Positions 35,698-44,286 of a DNA stretch of 64,000 bases are shown one piece after another (the first letter of the stretch is position 1; every line of letters begins with the position of its first letter). Source of the stretch: Candidatus Kapaibacterium sp. (GTDB taxonomy: Bacteria; Bacteroidota; Ignavibacteria; Palsa-1295); the NCBI GenBank assembly GCA_038210275.1, contig JBBQWV010000016.1, forward strand, positions 5,447-69,446. The letters run 5' to 3'. Position numbers and translations under genes: made by a program. Under the pieces are notes generated by a model. It searched no databases, was not told the origin of the DNA, and worked only from the letters and a program-made list of their open reading frames with translations.

Positions 35698-37587
35698 TCA
35701 GAGATTCCCCAACTCAACCCATCGCTCAAGTTTGCTATCAAGAGATTTCAATAACATCTCAAGCTCTTTTGAAAGTGATTGAATCAGCGAAAAGTCGCTG
35801 ACTGCTTTTGAGAGTTCTTCCTCTATTTCTAATTTTCGTTTTTCAGATTTTGCTATTTCGATTTCCAAAGCATCGAATTCCTTCTGTTCTTTGAAAGTGA
35901 GTTTTCTTTTCTTTAAATCTAGATTGTCTGTTTTTTGCGGCGTAGCTTTTTTATCTTTTGCCTTCAACCTATCTTCTTCCTCTTTCTCTTCTCGTTCTTT
36001 GATCTGAAGGAAATCAGAATAATTACCTGGATAATCACGTAGCCTTCCATCACCTTCGAAACGGAATATGTGATCAACCGTGCGATCAAGGAAATACCGA
36101 TCATGGCTGACGACAATGAGACAGCCCGTATAATCATCTAAGAAAGATTCGAGAGCAACGAGTGTTGGAATGTCAAGATCGTTCGTCGGCTCATCGAGCA
36201 GCAAAATATTCGGCGTACCCATGAGGATGCGCAATAGATACAACCTGCGTCTTTCACCGCCTGAAAGTTTTCCAATAACGGAGTATTGCATCTCCGGCGG
36301 AAACAAAAAGCGTTCGAGCATCTGCGAAGCAGAGATCGTCGAGCCATCTGAAGTCGGAATATGCTCGGCAATTTCCTTGATGTAATCAATGATACGCTGA
36401 TCTTCATTGAGTTTGCGGCTTTCCTGATCGTAATATCCAAGAACAACAGTTGAACCGATCTCAAGTTTTCCTTTGTCGGGTTTCGAACGCTCAGTGATCA
36501 TTTCCAGAAGCGTTGTTTTGCCTGAACCATTGGGACCGATAATACCGATGCGCTCGCCTCGCGTCATCACATAAGTAAAATCTTTTACGAGCGTTTTGCC
36601 GTCATACGATTTTGAGACGTTATCGAACTCGATCGTCTTAGTCCCGAGTTTACGGGTTAAGATCGTGATCTCGATCTGCTCTTTCTCGCGATCTTTCGGA
36701 GCCGCCATCATCTCTTCGGCTCTATCAATTCGGGCTTTCTGTTTTGTTGATCGTGCTTTCGCTCCGCGGCGCAGCCAAGCAAGTTCACTCTTTATAAGAG
36801 ATTTTAATTTTTGTCCCTCAACTTTTCGGTTGAATTCAAGTTCAGCTTTGCGTTCTAGATAATACGCATAATTGCCATCGAAAAGCTGTGTCGTTCCGCG
36901 ATCAATTTCTAAAATATGATCTGTCACTCTATCAAGAAAATAGCGATCATGCGTTACAAGCAGTAAAGCACCTGAATAACGCGAAAGATATTGCTCAAGC
37001 CAACTGATAGTTTCGGCGTCAAGATGGTTAGTTGGTTCATCGAGCATCAAAAGATCAGGCTGTACGATGAGTGCATGAGCAAGCGCAACACGCTTGCGCT
37101 GCCCGCCGGAAAGCTGTCCCATCTTCGCTTCCATATCGGTAATGCCCAGCTTTGCAAGAATGATCTTGGCATTCGTCTCGATCTCCCATGCTCCTGCTGC
37201 ATCGATCTTCGAGCTGAGTTCGCTGATCTGTCTGGCAAGCGCAGCATCTTCATGGTTATGCATCAATTCATTACACGCTGCTTCGTAATCGTGAATGAGA
37301 CTCAAGGCATCGCTGCTTCGCGAGAAAATTGCATCGAGGACGGTTTCTTCGGGATCGAAGATCGGATTCTGAGGGAGGTAACCAACTCTACTTCCTTCGG
37401 CAACACTGATTCCGCCTGTATCAGGGCTTTCTTCTCCTGATAAAATTCGCATCAACGTCGTCTTGCCGCTACCATTGGTGCCAATAAGTCCGAGGCGTTC
37501 AGACCAATCAATGCTGAAAGTCACGTCACTAAAAAGCGGCTTGTAACGGAAATCCTTACTTATTTTATCGACTGAAAGAATCGGCAT
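35698..37587 (-). CDS. ABC-F family ATPase (two fused ABC domains, no TM domain; Uup/EttA-like)
   Basis: Two Walker A motifs (GTNGSGKTT, GPNGSGKTT), two signature motifs (LSGGQRKRVALAHAL, LSGGERRRLYLLRIL), and a C-terminal coiled-coil tail. Size 629 aa. Confidence 0.9.
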   Translation of the reverse strand: MPILSVDKISKDFRYKPLFSDVTFSIDWSERLGLIGTNGSGKTTLMRILSGEESPDTGGISVAEGSRVGYLPQNPIFDPEETVLDAIFSRSSDALSLIHDYEAACNELMHNHEDAALARQISELSSKIDAAGAWEIETNAKIILAKLGITDMEAKMGQLSGGQRKRVALAHALIVQPDLLMLDEPTNHLDAETISWLEQYLSRYSGALLLVTHDRYFLDRVTDHILEIDRGTTQLFDGNYAYYLERKAELEFNRKVEGQKLKSLIKSELAWLRRGAKARSTKQKARIDRAEEMMAAPKDREKEQIEITILTRKLGTKTIEFDNVSKSYDGKTLVKDFTYVMTRGERIGIIGPNGSGKTTLLEMITERSKPDKGKLEIGSTVVLGYYDQESRKLNEDQRIIDYIKEIAEHIPTSDGSTISASQMLERFLFPPEMQYSVIGKLSGGERRRLYLLRILMGTPNILLLDEPTNDLDIPTLVALESFLDDYTGCLIVVSHDRYFLDRTVDHIFRFEGDGRLRDYPGNYSDFLQIKEREEKEEEDRLKAKDKKATPQKTDNLDLKKRKLTFKEQKEFDALEIEIAKSEKRKLEIEEELSKAVSDFSLIQSLSKELEMLLKSLDSKLERWVELGNL

Positions 37588-37650
37588 GAGTTATGGGCGA
37601 ACAGAAATATTGAAAGAGATAATAGTGTAACGGAATGAGATAAAGTTATC

Positions 37651-38904
37651 TTATCTTCTGCGTCTTCTGCCTTGCCATACTTTTTTCTTCGGAGCGGCTG
37701 ACTCTTCTTTTTGTTGCTCGGATTCCGGTTTTGGCTGATGAAAGATGCCTCGTTTTTCCGGTCTCTTTTCGGATTCAGCAAATGAATGTCCATGCGCAAT
37801 TGGGATATGCTTGCCGATCAGTTTTTCAATGCCGCGAATATGTTCTTTTTCATCTGGACTGCAAAATGATAATGCAGATCCTTCTGCTCCTGCACGACCT
37901 GTCCTGCCGATACGATGCACGTAGGTTTCTGGAACATTCGGAATTTCGAAGTTGATCACGTATTCGAGATCATCAATGTCAATGCCTCGTGCGGCAATGT
38001 CCGTTGCGACGAGAACTTGCGTCTTCCCTTTTTTGAAATTCGCCAACGCTCGCTGGCGGACATTCTGTGATTTATTACCGTGGATAGCTTCTGCCTGAAT
38101 ATTATTTTTGCCAAGATCGCGGACGACAATATCTGCACCGTGCTTAGTACGGGTAAAGACAAGCGCTGTATAGATCGGCGTCTCTTTTAGTAACTGAACC
38201 AACAAAGGAATCTTATTTGGCTTTTTTACATAGTAGAGCTGTTGATGGATCAGATCAACCGTTGCAGTTTCCGGAGTGACTTCAACCTTTACCGGATTAT
38301 GCAGAATGGCATCAGCAAGTTTTACAATATCATACGGCATCGTTGCGGAGAAGAACAGAGACTGTCGCTTCTTTGGAATTTCATGGATCAGTCTTTTGAC
38401 ATCCTGGAGGAAACCCATATCAAGCATTCTATCCGCTTCATCCAAGACAAGAATTTCAACGTGATTGAGTAAGAGAAATCCCTGATTCATCAGATCGAGC
38501 AATCTGCCCGGCGTTCCGACAACAATATCAACTCCCCGTTGCAGTGCAGATGTTTGCTTGCCTTGCTTGACTCCTCCGAAGATGACGACGCTATGTAATC
38601 CGGCATGTCTGCCGTATGCTTTCAGACTTTCGTCAATCTGAATTGCAAGTTCGCGTGTTGGGGTTAAGATCAAACTTCTGATAACTCTCTTCTTGCCGTG
38701 AACAGGGTTAGCGCTGAGGAGTTGAATGATGGGAATAGCAAATGCAGCAGTTTTTCCGGTGCCGGTTTGAGCAACGCCGAGGAAATCTTTTCCTTCTAAA
38801 ATGATTGGAATTGCCTGCGCCTGAATTGGTGTAGGCGTTGTGTAGCCCTCTTGCTCCAATGAACGAAGGATGGGGTCTATAATTTTAAGTGACTTGAACG
38901 GCAT
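37651..38904 (-). CDS. DEAD-box ATP-dependent RNA helicase
   Basis: Q-motif region, motif I AQTGTGKTAAF, PTRELA, motif II VLDEADRMLDMGF, SAT, and motif VI HRIGRTGRAG. Basic C-terminal tail. Confidence 0.9.
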   Translation of the reverse strand: MPFKSLKIIDPILRSLEQEGYTTPTPIQAQAIPIILEGKDFLGVAQTGTGKTAAFAIPIIQLLSANPVHGKKRVIRSLILTPTRELAIQIDESLKAYGRHAGLHSVVIFGGVKQGKQTSALQRGVDIVVGTPGRLLDLMNQGFLLLNHVEILVLDEADRMLDMGFLQDVKRLIHEIPKKRQSLFFSATMPYDIVKLADAILHNPVKVEVTPETATVDLIHQQLYYVKKPNKIPLLVQLLKETPIYTALVFTRTKHGADIVVRDLGKNNIQAEAIHGNKSQNVRQRALANFKKGKTQVLVATDIAARGIDIDDLEYVINFEIPNVPETYVHRIGRTGRAGAEGSALSFCSPDEKEHIRGIEKLIGKHIPIAHGHSFAESEKRPEKRGIFHQPKPESEQQKEESAAPKKKVWQGRRRRR

Positions 38905-39073
38905 GAATATATCTGTTAACGATAATTATTTGATTTAAGAGAGAGAAAATTGGTCTGCTCCCTTGCGAATTATTCGGCTGGGGGAGTTCAGAGTGCGGCA
39001 GACAAACGAACGGGAGCGGAATTACATCCCCTAAAGAATATCTTGGGCAGAAAAAAGGTATTAAAAACGAAAA

Positions 39074-39808
39074 TTAACGGACAGCCATTGCCGGTGTCTT
39101 TAATACATCAGAGAGCGGCAGATGTTTACGCAGGTTGGAATGTAAATAAGCAAGATTTGCCGGAGCAATAACTTCTAGACTAACCTGAGCCGTGCCGTTG
39201 TTCGAAAAACCAAGCTCCTGTGCCGCGCCACGGGATACATCAATGATACGGTGCTTTACAAATGGTCCGCGATCAGTTATTTCGACAATGCACGATTTGT
39301 TATTTGTCAGATTCGTAACTCTCAGTAATGTTCCAAAAGGTAGTGTGCGATGCGCAGCCATGAGAGCATCCTGATCGAAGGGTTTGCCGGAAGCTGTCTT
39401 GCGGTTATTGAACTCGTTACCGTACCATGAGGCAGTACCGGTCATTGAGGAATTCGTATCGCTCGAATGCTTGAAAGTTTTGTAATGATTGCGATGGCGC
39501 ATAGCCGTTTTTGATTTCGCAGGCTTCACTTTTGTCGCTGTATGCGCGACGGCGGTTGCGCCGATGGAAATTATTCCTGCAAGCCAAAAGAAAGCTGTCG
39601 CGAGACAAACACGGAGAATCGTTTGAATGCGATGACGCACGATTTCCTCGGCAGCAATAACCTCCTTCGGAAAATCTTTCAGAGCGCCGGTAGAACGCTT
39701 AATAATGTTGCTTGAAATGCTCAATATATTTTTCCTCCAAGTGGGGAAGTGCATAGAATACGTTTTTAGGGTGAAAAGGTTTCCCAATTCTGTAAACAAA
39801 TTGCCCAC
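39074..39808 (-). CDS. RlpA-like (DPBB-fold) septal lytic-transglycosylase family protein; real start may be internal
   Basis: GTASWYGNEFNNRKTASGKPFDQDALMAAHRTLPFGTLLRVTNLTNNKSCIVEITDRGPF is the canonical RlpA double-psi β-barrel signature. An N-terminal TM/signal segment precedes it. Confidence 0.75.
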   Translation of the reverse strand: MGNLFTELGNLFTLKTYSMHFPTWRKNILSISSNIIKRSTGALKDFPKEVIAAEEIVRHRIQTILRVCLATAFFWLAGIISIGATAVAHTATKVKPAKSKTAMRHRNHYKTFKHSSDTNSSMTGTASWYGNEFNNRKTASGKPFDQDALMAAHRTLPFGTLLRVTNLTNNKSCIVEITDRGPFVKHRIIDVSRGAAQELGFSNNGTAQVSLEVIAPANLAYLHSNLRKHLPLSDVLKTPAMAVR

Positions 39809-39812
39809 AGAA

Positions 39813-40637
39813 TTACGTAAAGTACATTTTGCTTTGCCTATCAGTAATTATATTATTGAAATTATTTATATTTTTTAATCTCGTCTCTTCCGTGAGAACA
39901 TCGGCATAAGTTATTGATTCACCTTGAGTTGAACCCAAATTGAGAATCTCACCGTTGTAATTTATGATGCAGCTTTCACCCCTGAAGACTAATTCTTCAG
40001 TATTCCCATTTGCCACCTCTTTTTCGGTGCCGATGCGGTCGGCGAAGGCAATAATCACCTTATTTTCAAAAGCCCGGACTTTAAGAGTTTCTATCAGCAT
40101 TCCAGTAGTCGTAACGATATTCGATGGGATTGCAATAACTTCTGCGCCGTTCAAAGCAAGTGAGCGTGTTGCTTCTGGGAATCGCCAGTCGTAGCAGATC
40201 TGAATTCCAAGTTTAATTTTCTCGCCATTTCGGACTTCGATCTCGCAAACAGGAAAGCCAAGATTTCCAGGAGCGAAGACGATCTTCTCATAATAGAAAA
40301 GATGCACCTTCCGGTAATGCCCGACAAGCTTTCCGTTGCGATCTATGGCAATTGCGGAGTTATAGAGAATTCCATTATCCGCTTCGAGAAACCCAGTGAC
40401 AATTGCAACGTTGTTTTCTTTGGCAACCAGTTTGATCTTCTCTGCGAGAATTCCATCAATGGGCTGGGCATATTTTTTGGCATCGTCGGAAGATGTAAAA
40501 AAATATCCGGTGAAAGCAAGTTCAGGAAAAATGAGAATATCTGCTTTCGCTTCAGTGACAAATTGCTCAAACTTATCGAGGTTTCCTTCAACATCTTTAA
40601 AGACAGGATTTGATTGCACACAGCCGATTCGTATCAT
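39813..40637 (-). CDS. Carbon-nitrogen hydrolase (nitrilase superfamily) family protein
   Basis: Catalytic E-K-C triad contexts: ILIFPELAFTGY (Glu), HYRKVHLF (Lys), GIQICYDWRFPE (Cys). Size 274 aa. Confidence 0.85.
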   Translation of the reverse strand: MIRIGCVQSNPVFKDVEGNLDKFEQFVTEAKADILIFPELAFTGYFFTSSDDAKKYAQPIDGILAEKIKLVAKENNVAIVTGFLEADNGILYNSAIAIDRNGKLVGHYRKVHLFYYEKIVFAPGNLGFPVCEIEVRNGEKIKLGIQICYDWRFPEATRSLALNGAEVIAIPSNIVTTTGMLIETLKVRAFENKVIIAFADRIGTEKEVANGNTEELVFRGESCIINYNGEILNLGSTQGESITYADVLTEETRLKNINNFNNIITDRQSKMYFT

Positions 40638-40638
40638 G

Positions 40639-41487
40639 TTATTTTTCTTTCGTTAGCCGTTTCAATCCTAACCGCACGTAATCGGGATTCATCTCAATCC
40701 CAATAAATTTTCTTCCCAGACGTTTTGCGACGACAGATGTTGTGCCTGAACCGCTGAAGAGATCGAGAATCTTATCACCAGGATTGCTGCTTGCGCGAAT
40801 AATCCTTTCAATAAGTGCTTCGGGTTTTTGTGTCGGATGTTCCGTGTTTTCCGGCATTGACCAAAAGGGGACGGTCATATCTGTCCAGATATTTGATGGA
40901 TGCGTCATGCGTTCTTGAGTACCATCAGCTTTGATATACCAATCTTTCGGTTTGCCGTTTTCTCGGTACGGTGCAATTACCTTCTTTGGAATTTTTACTT
41001 CATTAAGATTAAAGGTATAGTTTTTTTTATCCCGAACTGCGAACCAAATATCTTCCATGTTCTGCTTCCAGTTTTTCGAAGCTCCGCGCCCTTTATCACG
41101 CTTCCACGTTATTCGGTTGAGAATTGTAAGTCCGGATTTTTCTAACGCATCCTGGAAGAGAGATGATTGTCTCCAATCGCAACAAATATATAATGACGCA
41201 TTAGGCTTTGCAATACGCGGCAAAAGTGAAACCCATTGATATACCCATTCACGATATTCATCTTCACTTCTCATATCAGTCTTATTTCCGAAATCCATTC
41301 CTAAATTATATGGCGGATCGGCAATGATAAGATCGAAATATTTTTTTGGAAGAGAAGCGATGGCGATTTCGATCTCGCCTTGAAAGATGCCAATTGTATT
41401 GGACGTTATTTTTTTTGCTAAAGACGGAATAGTTTGCATCTTCTCATTTGCACTAAGCCGAATTGTTTTATTAAGTGGTGAAGGCAT
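40639..41487 (-). CDS. β-class N6-adenine/N4-cytosine DNA methyltransferase (N6_N4_Mtase family), apparently orphan
   Basis: Motif IV DLIIADPPYNLG precedes motif I LDLFSGSGTTSVVAKRLGRKFIGIE, the β-class circular-permuted order. No endonuclease-like ORF is adjacent. Confidence 0.85.
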   Translation of the reverse strand: MPSPLNKTIRLSANEKMQTIPSLAKKITSNTIGIFQGEIEIAIASLPKKYFDLIIADPPYNLGMDFGNKTDMRSEDEYREWVYQWVSLLPRIAKPNASLYICCDWRQSSLFQDALEKSGLTILNRITWKRDKGRGASKNWKQNMEDIWFAVRDKKNYTFNLNEVKIPKKVIAPYRENGKPKDWYIKADGTQERMTHPSNIWTDMTVPFWSMPENTEHPTQKPEALIERIIRASSNPGDKILDLFSGSGTTSVVAKRLGRKFIGIEMNPDYVRLGLKRLTKEK

Positions 41488-41488
41488 T

Positions 41489-43411
41489 TCAGAATCCGAA
41501 TTCGAATGAAAGAGTGGTAGTCACGTCTTTATAACTGAATCCTGTTTTATTGGAAATATATTTTGTCGATTGAATGTCGAGCACGGGAGTGAAAGAATCA
41601 AAAATGCTGATCAGTCGCGAATCAAAAAGAAATTCCCGTGACAAATCAATTCCGAGCTGCGGTCCATAATCTTTACGATCTGCTGATTGTGGAACAAGTG
41701 GCGCCAATCTTTTCGGCAATTGGATGTTGGTATAAGCGCGATTTTCATAGGCGGCATCGAGTGAAAAATTAATATCCCAAAAAATGCGCCACAAAAAGAA
41801 AGCAGTTGCGCGTGTCAGATCATATGAATACTCATCATCATTCGCAATTCCACCTATCTTACTTCGCGCTGTGATTGCCTCGTCAATATAGGGCCTCAAG
41901 TTTGAACTTCTGGTTAGATGGGCTGCGACTCCGATACTCAGTCTATCCGATGGAAAAATATAGATTGCACCGCCAAAAAAGAAATGAGAGAAGTTCGATC
42001 CGGTCTTTATTGTGCGGGTTAATTTCGGAGTAACAACAATTTCATACACAAGCGGGTGGCTATAACTCTTCGATGCATAACCGCCTTCAAGTCCTAACAC
42101 AGCACCGGAAAAAATCTCTATTCTGCTGTCGAGTCGAATTTTATTTTCGGTACCAGCAAACACCGTATCATGCGGAAATCTCGTGCTTGTGAGATCAAAT
42201 GTCCCACCGAATCCGAATTTTTCTCCGCTATAAATATCGAGGCGCGGTTTGAATTCAAATGTCGAATAACTGTAAATTTTTAAAGTATCTTTATTATTCT
42301 GCATTTCCAAAGAAACCGGAATGCTCAGGAGTGTCGCCAATGTCTTTTTTGAAACCGGAAGGATATCTTCTTTGAGAAAAATATCCTGTGAACTGAGATC
42401 CTTAAATTCTGTCTGTGAATTAGCAAGGGTCAATAACGGAGCATTTTTCTTTGCGATATTACTTCCATCACCGCCCTCAATTTGTAAATGTTGACGTGCC
42501 TCTGCAATCATTTGATCGACAGTTGTTGTAGGCGGCGTGGAAGGAGTGGGAACCGGAGTCTCGGCTTTAACAAATGATTCTGGAACGGCAAGAATATCAG
42601 ATTGCGGGTTGCCTGCTTTCATTATAGAAATAATGACATCGATATCTTTTACGATCTCCTCTTTATGATCGCTTTCCATCGGCACCTGTAAAAATATTTT
42701 TTTCTGGTTAGCTAATTCACTCGTTACAACATCGGAAATACTTTCGCTGAATGTTTGTGTTCCAAGTATGTCGCTTAGAGCAAGCACTGCTTCCGAAACG
42801 GAATCTTTCAGATCGGAAAAAATATCTTCCGAAGCGGCGCCGAGTCCTTTTTTATCAATATCAAATGAATCCATCAACTCACTGAGTGCTGCAAGTTTGA
42901 TCGAAGCTATTTGTGAAAGATCTGTAATTGCAGGTTTGGCAATAATTTTCTGCGGTGGTATTTCCTTTGTCGTTTTTTGCTCGTCCGCTGCTGGATTTCC
43001 TTTTATTTGCTGAGTCTGAATTTGTCTCACCGGCAGGACGGAAGAATTCTCCTCGATATTCGAGAGATAAAAACTTCCGGTTACTCCAAAATAACTTTTC
43101 ACAAAAGAACGCGAAGGGACATCTTGATAGAATGTTGGCGTCGTCAACGCTTCAAATTTTATTGAAGCTGGGTTTGCAACGATCCAATTATACATCAGAT
43201 CGATCGTCGGATTAAAAACATTATCGGGGGTCGCAGAATCACGCCCTTCGACATTCGAAGAATGGTATCCGCTGATCGTTGCCGATCCTGAAAATTGCGC
43301 GAACGAAGTTGCTGCATTCAATAATATGAATGTGATTGTAATGTTAGCGAAAATTCTCGAAATAGTACAGATGTTCAAGATAGAATAATAATTCTTATTT
43401 AACCAATGCAT
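41489..43411 (-). CDS. Hypothetical outer-membrane protein (signal peptide, β-barrel-like C-terminus ending ...LSFEFGF)
   Basis: N-terminal hydrophobic signal, C-terminal alternating β-pattern with a terminal Phe. No recognisable catalytic motif. Confidence 0.5.
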   Translation of the reverse strand: MHWLNKNYYSILNICTISRIFANITITFILLNAATSFAQFSGSATISGYHSSNVEGRDSATPDNVFNPTIDLMYNWIVANPASIKFEALTTPTFYQDVPSRSFVKSYFGVTGSFYLSNIEENSSVLPVRQIQTQQIKGNPAADEQKTTKEIPPQKIIAKPAITDLSQIASIKLAALSELMDSFDIDKKGLGAASEDIFSDLKDSVSEAVLALSDILGTQTFSESISDVVTSELANQKKIFLQVPMESDHKEEIVKDIDVIISIMKAGNPQSDILAVPESFVKAETPVPTPSTPPTTTVDQMIAEARQHLQIEGGDGSNIAKKNAPLLTLANSQTEFKDLSSQDIFLKEDILPVSKKTLATLLSIPVSLEMQNNKDTLKIYSYSTFEFKPRLDIYSGEKFGFGGTFDLTSTRFPHDTVFAGTENKIRLDSRIEIFSGAVLGLEGGYASKSYSHPLVYEIVVTPKLTRTIKTGSNFSHFFFGGAIYIFPSDRLSIGVAAHLTRSSNLRPYIDEAITARSKIGGIANDDEYSYDLTRATAFFLWRIFWDINFSLDAAYENRAYTNIQLPKRLAPLVPQSADRKDYGPQLGIDLSREFLFDSRLISIFDSFTPVLDIQSTKYISNKTGFSYKDVTTTLSFEFGF

Positions 43412-44099
43412 GGTACAATGGCAAATATACTGTAGGCTGAATGAGGGACAATAAAAAATATGTTACCCACATCACAATTCCTATGGAGATTGGTACAGAA
43501 AAATTATCATCAACTCGTAGCCTTACACTCATTGCTTCAATTATGCTGCCAATAAATGCTGCGCCGAAACCAATAATATATTCTTCCCACATATCACTCA
43601 CTTTCGGTGTGACAATTATGACAAGACAGGCTGAAGTGAATACAGCAATCGAACCTTCCAAGCTTTTATCTAAGAAGTGATGCTTCCCGAATTTTCTTCC
43701 AAGCAATGCCCCTGCCGTATCGGAGATGATAAGAATAGTAAATGCAGTGATCGCTATCACTTTCGGAAAGATCAGAATGCAAATACAGGCGCTAATGAGA
43801 ACATACGAGCCACCGGAAAGTAATTTCCGGCTGCTATCTTTTTCATGCTCTCGCAGAATATTGCCGAATAATTTATTTACCGCTTTATCGAGCCACTTAA
43901 AATAAAATCTTCCGTAATCAACGCAGAGCGAAAATATTGTGAACGGTATAAGAATCCACAGCATCGTGCTATACGAAAGATAGGCATAGCCGATAGGAAT
44001 TACCAGCGATGAAATATGGATCGTCTTTCGCAGAAGTTCACCCGTCATGGGTATCTGCGAAGAGATGAGTTTTTTCGTTTTTGTTTTCTTTCGAGTCAA
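43395..44099 (-). CDS. CTP_transf_1 (CdsA/DGK1/dolichol-kinase-like) family integral membrane protein
   Basis: Polytopic protein containing ISDTAGALLGRKFGKHHF, which matches the C-terminal signature of phosphatidate cytidylyltransferase-like enzymes. Confidence 0.45.
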   Translation of the reverse strand: MTRKKTKTKKLISSQIPMTGELLRKTIHISSLVIPIGYAYLSYSTMLWILIPFTIFSLCVDYGRFYFKWLDKAVNKLFGNILREHEKDSSRKLLSGGSYVLISACICILIFPKVIAITAFTILIISDTAGALLGRKFGKHHFLDKSLEGSIAVFTSACLVIIVTPKVSDMWEEYIIGFGAAFIGSIIEAMSVRLRVDDNFSVPISIGIVMWVTYFLLSLIQPTVYLPLYHALVK

Positions 44100-44286
44100 G
44101 AAATTATTGTAGTCTTAATCCGGGAAAATGAACTGGGGAATTCAAAAATACGGAAACTCCGATGTTCTGCTTCCAATATAGCATCTTTCTCAGTGCAACA
44201 TCCTTCTATTTAAGAAGTATAAACTATGGCTTTCGAATCGTTGTTAAGCGCATTCATGAAGCAATCTAAACTTATTAATCGGTAGA

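Noticed and set aside
36138-37440. Several 60-150-aa ORFs on both strands inside the ABC-F gene
   Set aside because: The sense frame carries complete Walker A/B and signature motifs for both ABC domains. The alternatives are spurious.
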